From Cenococcum geophilum (taxonomy: Eukaryota), in assembly GCA_050273025.1 (NCBI GenBank), contig CP158636.1:11098001-11162000 (forward strand): a stretch of DNA of 64,000 nucleotides. Direction: 5' to 3'. The position numbers were made by a program, and so were the translations under genes. Below are positions 46,801-57,238 of the stretch, one piece after another. Numbering within the stretch: position 1 is the stretch's first letter; each line of letters begins with the position of its first letter. The notes beneath the pieces are model-generated. The model ran no database searches, was not told the origin of the DNA, and saw only the letters and a program-made list of their open reading frames with translations.

Positions 46801-49341
46801 GTTCATAGAGAGATCGAGATGATTTCCAGGTACGAACTCGCGCAACCATTCCTTACGAGCATCGGCCTTCTTCTTCGAGAAAGCTAGCTCGATGAGCTCG
46901 GATTCTTTTTCTTTCATAGTATGGAACTCCTTCAAATGGGTATCCAGATCCCGGAAGTAGACTTGAGCGTCTTCTGGGCGACTGGTTCCTAATCCCTTGT
47001 AGTATTTGTGATCCCAGCCTTTTTGATGTCCGGGTTGCTGCTTCCACTCTTCATACTCAGGCATAGAGAAGAACGATTTCAATTGCTTTGGGTGCTTGAT
47101 ATCACCTTTCCATACTTTGACGATGGGAGTGATGAATTCCATCAAGAACCCTTCAAGCTTCAGCAGACTGGGGAATTGGACTTGAAGGAAGTTGATGAGG
47201 AGGCCCTTGATATGGCTTCCATCGTGATCCTGATCCGTCATGATCATCAAATGGCCGTAACGGAGACTCTTTGTGTCGGCATATTCCTTCTTGTGCTGCA
47301 AACCCATAAATTTCTTGATGTTTTGGATTTCTTGATTCTTCGAAATTTGATCGACCGATGCATCGCGAACGTTGAGCAACTTTCCACGAAGAGGGAAAAC
47401 ACCAAATAGATCCGGATTGACCACAGCTCTTCCAGCCAGCGCAAGCAAACTGGCCGAGTCACCTTCGGTAAGGATGAGTGTGCACTTGTATCCATCCTTA
47501 GTGCCAGCCCTATTAGCATCCGTCAACTTGGAATTGTTCATACGAGTGCGCCTGTTGCCATCTGATTTCTTGAGGAGCTGATCGGCCTTCTTCTGGGCGA
47601 AATCCATAATATTGCTGACGACCTCGGTTTTCTCAATAGCCTTAAGGAACTTCTCGCTAACAGCGCATTTGCTTCCAAATTGGCTGGCTTTCGTAGTCAA
47701 TTGCTCCTTTGTTTGAGAAGTGAAAGCTGGGTTGACAATCAAGCAGTTGACAAATAAGAAGATATGGTTGCGGATCTGGTTATTCTTAAGCGCAACACCA
47801 CCCTTGTTCTTCTTCTTGACGGCCGCCATGAGCTTTTCAACAATTTGATCGGCAATGTAGTTCACGTGGGTCCCTCCAGATGTCGTTGCTATGGAGTTAA
47901 CGAACGAGACTTGCTGGAATGATCCATCGGACACAGCAAAGCCAACTTCCCACCGTTCGTTAGGGTTGTCGGTGATGATGACCTGTGCATCGGATTCGCC
48001 GCCTTCGCCAGTTCTGCCTTGTTCGGCAGCGATGGCTTTGGTGTACATCTGCATGTACTTCTTGAAGTTATTGACCTTGACTCTATCGCCATTAAGGTAA
48101 ACTTTCACATCTTTGACAGTGCCTGCTAGATCGTAAACTCTGCGCTTGGCAAGCGCCTCGAAATCATCATCCATCCCGTTCATGTTGAACTTCCTGAAGT
48201 CTGCAGTGTACGTGACCTTCGTGTAGTCATCGCCTTTGCAGGGAGTAATCTTGGCCTTTCCCATCTTACTCATGTTATCCGTCCAAGTCTGCTTATATTT
48301 TTTCTGCACCTTGGAATCTGCCGTTTCGATAGTAAACTCGGTACTAAAGACGTTACACAGCTTCGCGCCGTAGCCGTTACGTCCACCGGTGACCTTCTGT
48401 TGGTCATCGTCGTAGTTCGAGGAAGTCAACAGATGGCCGAAAATCATTTCTGGGACGAATATTTTTTCTTTCTAGAATCTAAGTCAGCAAATGTTACATG
48501 GAGGAGAAATTAGCCATTTACCTCATGAATCTCGATGGGAATACCCTTGCCATTGTTCCGCACCGATATCTCTCCTGACTCTCTATCTATGGTGACTTTG
48601 ATTTCGTTCATATTCTTGTCATTATGTTTGTTGTCCGCGGCGTTGACAAGGATTTCGTCGAATATTTTATAAAGACCTGGTACGTAGCTGACGTCGCGGA
48701 ATTCCATGGATTCGGTCGTGGAGTTATAGACCCACATCTGCCTATCTGTTCGCTCGACCGATCCGATATAAGTATCGGGGCGCTTAATGATGTGCTCAAG
48801 CTGTGTGAGCTGTGAGGAAGTTAGTATGAGGTTTCAACCATGAGATTATGCGCGTTGGTCTTACCTTCTGGAACCGGTCGGTCGCCGTTCCAGCGGCTTT
48901 GGACTGGGGCTTGGGTGCAGACTCAGGCTCATCTGTTCCATCGCGTCCAAAGGTCTCGTTGTTGATAGGAGCTAGGGGTTTGCCGCTGGACTTCTTCGGT
49001 CCCGGTGCTTTCTTCTGATTTTTGGAACTGGGAGGTGTGTTGGAAAGTAAGGAGTCGTCATGATCAGAGCCTAAACCGTCATCCATATCGACATCAGAGT
49101 TTTCTTCGTCAGAGTTGGCCTTTGCTCGCTTCTTAGAAGCCCCGGCTTTCGTTGCTTTGAGAGTTGTTTGCACCATGGTTTTCGCCGGTCTTCCTCTAGG
49201 TTTTGCTGCAGTGGTCGCTTTCTTTGGTGCTGCTTTGGTCTTTACTGCCTTGACAGCCTTTACGGGTTTTACGGGTTTGACAGGCTCGAAGTCGGAGCTC
49301 GCGCCATCGTCGAACACGGAGTCGAGTAAGGAGTCGTCCAT
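43879..49341 (-). CDS. TOP2: DNA topoisomerase II
   Basis: EILVNAADN, GGRNGYGAKL, TEGDSA, PLRGKLLN, MTDQDHDGSHIKGL, YYKGLGT and active-site AASPRY, with a charged C-terminal tail. Four introns. Confidence 0.99.
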
Positions 49342-49699
49342 GGTTCGTTGTCAGTAGAAGCGGCCCAAGAGAATTGGTAAGTGTCCGTAAGGACCGAGCG
49401 AGAGAGAAGTAAACAAAGTTCGAAGTCAGCACATGAAGGAGTGGAGGGGAGTATGCATAAAAACAAAGGCTGTGCGCGTTGTTTTGGATGCGCGTGTTTA
49501 CAAGCAGTGGCGGTGGTTGCCGAGCGGAACGGTCACGAGGGTCCCTTGGTCCCTTACAGTCGCTTCGGAAAAGGACGATCAAATGTCAGAAACCATAATC
49601 AAAAACAGAAATTTGCCGAATCCTCACCTGTTTGAACCCTTTTTCTGTACTCGCGCATGCCACCACCCATCACCTTATTATTACCTTCTATTTAAAGCC

Positions 49700-50768
49700 A
49701 TAGGTAAACCTACCTGGTTAACTAAACAGAAGTCGATTATACAAGCTCTAATTAACCTCGGCAACAACAACTTCTATATAGAAGTTAAGACCGGCGTTCC
49801 TCAACCTACTCTTTAACGCTGGAGGGTAAACTTAAAGAGATATGGCCAGATTAATCCACCAATTAAGGCAAATAGTAGGCCGCTGCTGCTTATGGATGAG
49901 GCTCTAGATATATAACGTTAGGTGTTATTAATATTAATATATTAACGCGTACCTTAGGGCCTCCTTAAATACCTCTTATATAGCCCAGACGCCTATTTTA
50001 AAGAGATACTCTGGTTTTTATACAATAAATATAATATAATAGTGGCACGGAGTACGCTGTCGGCTGGATTAAAGCGAAGGAGATAGAGTAGAAAGGTTAT
50101 AAGGATAATTGTATAACAACGTAACCTAGGCCTAAGAGACAACTAGATTATTCGAACCTATAACTATAGGCGTAATTAGTTTGTTTTTATTAACGAATTA
50201 GCTTATAATAAGAAGACAATAGATAGGAAGTATAGGTAGGTACCTATTAATAAGCCTGCTAAAGGAATATCAGAATTAAAGAGATCTAAAAGATGGAGCT
50301 TACTGCCAGCGTATACCTAGTAGGGCTATATGCCTAGTTAGTTAATATACTAAGGCTCTATTAACGGGTTAATGTTTATTTAGTAGATAAAGAACGAGGT
50401 TCTTACTTATATGCAGCCTTATCCATAGCCTTATTTAGTTCTAGTAATAGATAATGCGTTAATCCATTGTAATAAGGTATATAGTAACTATAAAGGATAG
50501 GCGCGCCGACGCTGCTGCTTACTTAAACCTAGGAAGTTCAACGCCTCTGTAATGCTGCTAGTGTTAAACTTAAATATCTTCCTCCTTACTTACCCAATTT
50601 TAATCTAATTGAGGCCTCTTTTTACGACTTAAAGTAGTAGCTACGTACTTATCGATTTAAAGCTAAACTATGGAATAACTTTGGCAACTTTTTAAACTAT
50701 ATGGTAGAGTAATAAGGATTTGATAAAAGGGCAAAAGAATATTTCTTACGGGCAGGAATTAAGCAGTA
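49700..50768 (+). pseudogene. RIP-mutated DD34E transposase
   Basis: HTH-like N-terminus, then PDAYLKEI.WFL, FVFINE (D to N), RWSLLPAYT and VLVIDNALIH..YLPPYLPNFNLIE. There are 34 residues between D and E after removing intron 50477-50532. Many TAG/TAA stops. Confidence 0.92.
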
Positions 50769-50769
50769 G

Positions 50770-52520
50770 ATAAAGGGAAGGATAAGGTCTATTGTTATAT
50801 AGAGTGCCTACCAATTAAGACGTCAAGTAAGGCCTCTACTGTAGCACTATAATATTGCTAATCTATTCTAAAGTCCTCTAAGTTATCCACTATGCGATTA
50901 ATGAGCCTATATATTAAGCCAACCCTATACAGCTTTATATGGCCTATATTATTATTAAGCAGCGTATGCTTAAGTATCTTAAAGGTATAGTACTTGTTAA
51001 CCAAAATTAACTCCGCTTTAGTAAAGGCGTGGGCGAAAGCTGGATAACAGCTTTATAGCTATTTAATAAAGGCGCTAAGCTTACTATTTAATTGTTTAAT
51101 ATTACTGCGGGCGGGGCTATTAGGTAGCAGGCTAGTAGAAGGCGTATTTAAGAGTAGATAGTAAGGACTAGTAGGCGTTTTAGAGGATAGAGTAGAATCG
51201 GATAGGGCGCTCCGTAAAGAAGGCACTAAAGAAGGTTTTATATTTGGTATAGGATCCACTATAAAACAACTATTAGCGATAGCTGGTAATACAAAAGAAG
51301 GCATTACTGCCTATATAGCACTCTGTAACTGTTATAGTGTCTACTAGTTCTATAGCTAGTTCTACTATAGTATCTAGCTCTACTGCTATATCTGGTTTAT
51401 TAAAAGCGTTAATTGCGTTTATAATAGATCTTATTAAATAGGATTGGCTGGTAATTATATAACTGTGGTATAAGCCTCTTATCGCTGCCGTCGTTGGGGA
51501 AAAGAGCTTAATTTGTCTATACTATAAGAGTTACCTTAACGGTGCTTATAGCTGCCCAAAGACGCCTTTACATCTTTTTTATCCTCCTTATCCTGTAGGT
51601 GCTAACTATACTTAATCTTTAATAGTAAGGATAGATCTAGTATATTAACCATGGCTTTTTTCTATTCTATTGCTTCCGACTAGCGCGTAAAGTGGTAAAA
51701 TTATATTAGGTAGTGCTTTAAGTCAAATTTAAGATAGTGTATAGTGCCGTGCTTTCTATTCTTATAGTGCTATTAAAGGCAGCAATAGCGATTAAGCAGC
51801 ATATATAGATGCTTGCCTCTAGCTTCTATACGTTTATACCGTTTAGCAGCCTTTTTCTATATTTTAGTGGTAGTTGATGCCTTCTTTTTACTAGTAGCTT
51901 CCTCTACTATACCTTTGTGATCCTCGCTAGAGGACTTTACCTCTTTATTAACCGCTACTTTAATTAGAATACCTCTTACTTAAAGCGCCGCATTAATAGC
52001 CGCAGTAAAATTAGTGTCTTTAGCATTAGCAGACGCGTTAATAGGTATAGTAACGGCCTTATATTTAACTGTAAGATTAACCCTCTATACCCTCCTTACA
52101 TACTTTAACTGTGCCTCTATTATTCCCTCTACTTCGCGCCATTTATCTATATTATTAACCTCTTTGGGTATTATAGGATCCTTCGGATTTAATGACGCAA
52201 TAATAGTAGTTAATTAATTAAGCTAGAAAGAACGAAGACCGTAATATTTGTTAGCTAGATGCGTATTTTAGGTAACAAACTTTTGGTATTTAAAGGCTCC
52301 GAACGGAACGGCCAGAACCTTAGTAAATATCTTTGTAGTATCGGCGGATACAATTATATTTAGAATAAAGGTTTAATAATCTTTGGGCTGTTCTATAATA
52401 GTAAAAGGCGTTAGTATAGGTAGTGCAGGTTTAATAGTAAGGTCCACCTCTTTAGGCGCTTTAAAAGTGTTCTTTATAGTATTTTTAGGTGCTTTGGCTC
52501 TCCTCCTGTGCGTTATAGCG
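50770..52520 (-). pseudogene. RIP-degraded second (cargo/accessory) ORF of the transposon
   Basis: The minus strand reads as interrupted coding sequence (ITHRRRAKAPKNT.., later LLNRYCCL**HYKNRKHGTIHYL..HY..SEAIE), converging on the transposase. Boundaries are approximate. Confidence 0.55.
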
Positions 52521-53295
52521 CTAACTAAAATAGGAAACAATATAGGCTTTAAATAGCTTTAAAAAATAGGCGACGGCGATATATTAGCATGGAGGATGGG
52601 TGGTGGCATGCGCGAGTACAGAAAAAGGGTTCAAACAGGTGAGGATTCGGCAAATTTCTGTTTTTGATCATGGTTTCTGACATTTGATCGTCCTTTTCCG
52701 AAGCGACTGTAGCCGCCACACTTCATCTCCGCCCCACTTGTGAACGCAGCGAAGCCATAATTCATATTCCATCTCTTCTAGTGACTTGTACTTTGAGTCA
52801 ATTCTGATACTCAAACTGGTCTATGCAATTCATATTGAGCATGCAAAAGTGAATTCGTAACTCTGACATTCCAGGATTTATTCATTGAACCATGCTGGAG
52901 ATGTCATAGTATTAAAGATGGTCACTGCTAAGTGATCTACGCATTTTAATTGTGCGAGTCGAGTTGCGTTCTGATCAGAGAAGAGCATTTTAAATTTTTA
53001 CGAAGAGATGTAACCCTTGAGAACTGATACGCTCTATTCTGAAGCTTGCATGATGCAAGAGAGCAATGCTTCTAGAGTGAAATTTGCAGCTCCTAAGAGC
53101 TGATAACCATAACCTCAAACTCTCTATACAGGAGGAATGATATATCGAATACACAGCAATTGAAACGCCCTTTTTAATGCCCAGTCGATACCCGGATAGC
53201 ACTTCTAGCCTTGGAACCCTCCGGTTTTAAACATACCGGGACACTCAAACGCCAATCCATATGCATAATCCGAACTGTACACACCACCGACAACC

Positions 53296-53940
53296 CTAGC
53301 AAATAATCCCATCATTCTCCACCTTGAGCTCCACATTCCCCATCCCATCCTTCGTCTTCCGCCTCTTCTCATTCCTTTTCCTCCTCTTCTCCTCCCTCTC
53401 CCGCTCCTCCCGCTCCTTCGCCACCTCCAACCTCACTCCCAAATCAACCACCTGCTCCTTACTCTCCTCCTCCCTCTTCCTCTTCAACCACAGCAACCGC
53501 TGCCGCACCTCCTCCGCCGTCGCCCTGCGCACCTCCCCACTCTGCCCCGTCGCCACCAAATGCTGCCTACTATTCAAATGCTCGACGAACTGCAAATTAT
53601 CCTTAAACGTAAGATCGCACGCCTCGCAATAGAACCCGGCGCCGCGCCCGCGCTTGCCCACCGCCGCACCCGCCGGCACCAGCATCGTCCTGCCGACAAA
53701 GCTCGCGACGTCGAGCCGCGCCGACCGCGCCTCGGTCTCGCGCGCATCCGGGGGCGTGCTCGCGCGCCGGACGTACTTCTTGCCCGCCAGCGCCGCTTCG
53801 TACCGCGCTTTGCCTTCCTCGCGCTGCCGGACGTCGTGCTGCGCTGCGCGCGCGGCGTACTCGTCGCGGTCCCACGTCTTGCGGAAGGCGGTGTCGCCGC
53901 CGGTGCTGCTGCCGTAGGCGCCTTGCTTGTTGGAACTCAT
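53296..53940 (-). CDS. SNU23: U4/U6.U5 tri-snRNP zinc-finger protein Snu23/ZMAT2
   Basis: DTAFRKTWDRDEY, GFYCEACDLTFKDNLQFVEHLNSRQH (matrin-type zinc finger), RATAEEVRQRL and a basic tail. Likely start MSSNKQGAYG at 53940. Confidence 0.92.
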   Translation of the reverse strand: MSSNKQGAYGSSTGGDTAFRKTWDRDEYAARAAQHDVRQREEGKARYEAALAGKKYVRRASTPPDARETEARSARLDVASFVGRTMLVPAGAAVGKRGRGAGFYCEACDLTFKDNLQFVEHLNSRQHLVATGQSGEVRRATAEEVRQRLLWLKRKREEESKEQVVDLGVRLEVAKEREEREREEKRRKRNEKRRKTKDGMGNVELKVENDGIIC

Positions 53941-54777
53941 GGTTGTCGGGTTGTGGAGGATGAAGGGAGGGGTTACTGGGACCGGGGGTCGCTGGGATGG
54001 GGTTGGGGAGGGCTTCAATAGAAAAACAAAGGCTGCAGCTGTTGTGGCTGCAGTGGACATCACGCGTTCTGCGCTAGTGGTGTGTTTCGGCTAGGGCGAG
54101 CCGGAGTTGAGCCATAGGACCCTTGTCGCTTCGCGACTTCATCTAATCACCGCTTGATACGTTCCCAGCCAGCGTGTCTCCAAATCCAAGGGTGTTTATC
54201 AAATTGGTATGTATTTAAACCACGTAAAGTTCTAGATATATATATGAATATGAAATGAATCCGTCGGTGTAATCCTCGTCTGCGAGAGAGCCCAGCGACA
54301 TTCGGGCCGGCGTTTAGACAGCTAGAGTCTAAACGCGTTGGGCGCTTGGAGGGGATGAGTTAACATTAAGTATCTATAAGCCATAGTCATACCTTTCGCC
54401 TTTCCCAAAATAATCAATCATATCCTCCCATGCCCCCCATACCTTCATCCCATATCTTCATTCTAGTGTAAGGTCAGACCTCTGAGCGCCGTGCGCAACA
54501 TCCCAGAGACAAAGGGACGATCAAACATGAACCGTAAGAATGGAGGGCATCGTAATGATGCGTTTGTAGGCGTTCCAGTAGTACTGATACCTGCCATTCG
54601 TCCTTATGTCTTCCAGGTATCTTTCAGAGGAATACACCAAATATGTGTAGAATAGGTGACCAACAGATATTGACGACCATATACTGTCGTCAGGTCGATT
54701 TCTTCCAGGGTTTCAAGACTTTGGCTGATGCTTCAGCAAAGCTTCAGGAATCACTGGGAAATAAACTTAAGGGTTCG

Positions 54778-55551
54778 TTAGTAGCCGAAATAAGCTCCTC
54801 CGGGAGGATATTGGTACCCCGGTTGCACTGGTATTGGCGGTGTAGGAACCATAGGTGGGGCTCTTGAGCGTCCTACCACGGGATAAGTGAGATCCTCCAC
54901 TCGCCTCGGCCTACCCGCGCCCGGCGCGGGCGTAGCCGAATCTCTATCCCTCCTACTCTTCCTCTTGATTTCCTTCCCAATCCCCGATCGTTCGTATCCT
55001 CTATCCGCATACCCTGCTACTGCAAATGGGGGTTCTGCTACTTGTGGTGATCGTTCACTCGGCAACCGTATCTCAACAAGACTGTAAAAGTAGTCGAGGA
55101 CCTCGGGATAGCGAAGAACGGAGGCACGCCAGTCAGCATCGATACCGCGTTTCAGCTCCGCGTGAGCCTCGGATATTTGTGCTTGTAGTTGTGCTAGAGC
55201 TGCTGGGTGCAGTGGAGGATGACCCGAGTATTGCATGTAGATGGAGTAGAAGGGTAGCGATGAGAGATAAGCGGAGTGGGCCGCTTTACGAGCGCTCGTA
55301 AGACGTTCGAAGGCGTTAAGTATATGCGTTCGAGCGTGCGAGATTACCCAGTCGCTGTTCATCGTTTGCATCAGCCTACTGCTTCGTTTGAGCGAGGCGA
55401 TGGATGATGCTACTCACCGAATCTCAGCCAAGCGCGATTCCATGGCCCTTGTCTCTGCCTGTTTCACGGCTATCTGGAGCCGTTCTGATTCGCAGGGACA
55501 TTCTGGATAAGCAGGCGCATTACAGATAGCACAATTCGGAGAGGTGTCCAT
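54778..55551 (-). CDS. Hypothetical fungal protein with N-terminal CxxC..CxC motif
   Basis: Exon 1 MDTSPNCAICNAPAYPECPCESERLQIAV.. splices to DWVISHAR..ELKRGIDADWRASVLRYPEVLDYFYSLV. Confidence 0.8.
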
Positions 55552-57238
55552 GGCGGGTGTGGACTAGAAGCGTTGCGATGGCATTGTTGTGAGCGTTTGA
55601 TCGAGGAAGATGTGGTTGGTGGCAAGGAGGGAGAGGGTGCGAACCTCACAGTGGGAGATGTTGAACCTAGGCGGAGAAGACGGGTGAACGGTCAAGACGC
55701 GAAGCTAGAAGGGCGGTGACGAGGTACATGATACATGACGCGGTGCGGCACTGATGGCAAATAAATTGCTGGTTAGCATGGGCAGCTTATGTATGTTGGA
55801 TGAGTTGTTCTCAGTCGCTAAAGCACTGACTGTATACTTGGCCAGGAACTCCTTTTCCCGTAATGTCGTCTGCCAAGCCCACGCTCTTTCTGCCAACAAT
55901 ATTCACCCGCCTCTATTGGTGAGAGAGCCATCGAAAACGAGGCGGCAGAATCATTTTTGCGGGGAAAGATGCACAAGAGCACTGAGATCTGTCCTGAGAT
56001 CTGTCCTGAATCTCCCGAATCTCTCAGACGCACACGCTGGCTTTTGTTGAGACATCGGTCGGACGTTGTCGGTGTCCATCGACGCCAATCGGTCTCTCCT
56101 CCGCACATTGGCTTACCTAAAACCATGAAGCTGTGATTAGCTGTATGAGATGCCAATGGGGTCTTGATGCTGTTGGAGGATCTCACGGCATTTGCTAACA
56201 TCGGTGCTGCTATCAGAGTGCTTCTGCGCAATGGAGGACTGCAAGCCAGTCGGTGATGGTAGAACGGACAGTCTCTTTCGTATGAACGAGATCGGCCCGG
56301 GAATGTCTACTGAAGTACTCCGGACATGATAATGTCCGGTTAATTTATGTATATGCACACTAATCTTTTCGCTTCAAGCAGCCTCACCGTTGGTTCTCAG
56401 CCCTCCCAACCACACATCCACCGAAAATTCGGATTTCCCACAAAGCATATCGTGTTTCTAATTATTGTGCAACGGTTGATTTCGATCTTCCGAACACTTA
56501 TTAGGTAGTTAGTGGAACATTGACCGGAACAGCATTACCCCTTTGATGCCATATTTCGTGTTCACTGTGGAACCGCAGCTACTTTTCTCTCCATTTTTAG
56601 TACTGCCTTATATTACACTTTCTGTAGTTTCTGGAACACTTAAATCAGGTCCTTACATGCCATTCTACACGTGGCATTGACCGATCTAAACAGACTCTGC
56701 CGGTGGATTAGCCCTCGTGGCAGAGAAGCCCCGAAATCTGCGCTGGCAACAGACATGCCAACGAAACCTAAGGACAAATCTACCTCATCTTCCCGCTGTG
56801 CTCAAAGTCAGCAACTCCTAACAGCCCGACTCCACACGCTTAGGCGAGCATTCTGTGCTACCTGAACTAGCTCTATGTCTGCCTGACCCTTTCCTGTTGC
56901 AACACGAATTCCAACCTCAAATCATTACCCCATCACCGACCTAAGCTCCAATAGCAAGGAAGCAATGGAGGAGAGTGTAGAGTCCAATTCCATTATCCTA
57001 TTACACTATTGAGAAATTAAGCTAGCTACAAGGCACTATTTTCCGGCACACCCAACGCCGAATGAAATGAGGTCCTCAACACCAACAGTAACCGCGCCTC
57101 TCTAATCCACTCCAGATAGGCCACAAATATGATAGCAAAGAAACCTAAATAGGAAAATAGACAAACAGATAGTCAAATCCAATTACCGCTCTCATCCTCG
57201 CTCCCCTCTTCCTCCTTGATAACCGGCAAGGGCCACTC

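Larger units (their letters stand above)
49557..52709. mobile_element. Tc1/mariner (IS630-Tc1, DD34E) DNA transposon, 3153 bp, RIP-inactivated
   Basis: 115-bp TIRs at 49557-49671 and 52595-52709 (cagtcgcttcggaaaaggacgatc...) with one mismatch, a TA target-site duplication (49555-56, 52710-11) and a TpA-rich interior. Confidence 0.97.

Noticed and set aside
54310..54336. 10-bp inverted repeat gcgtttagac-N7-gtctaaacgc
   Set aside because: Real but isolated, with no TSD or other support for a MITE or structured RNA; could be chance.
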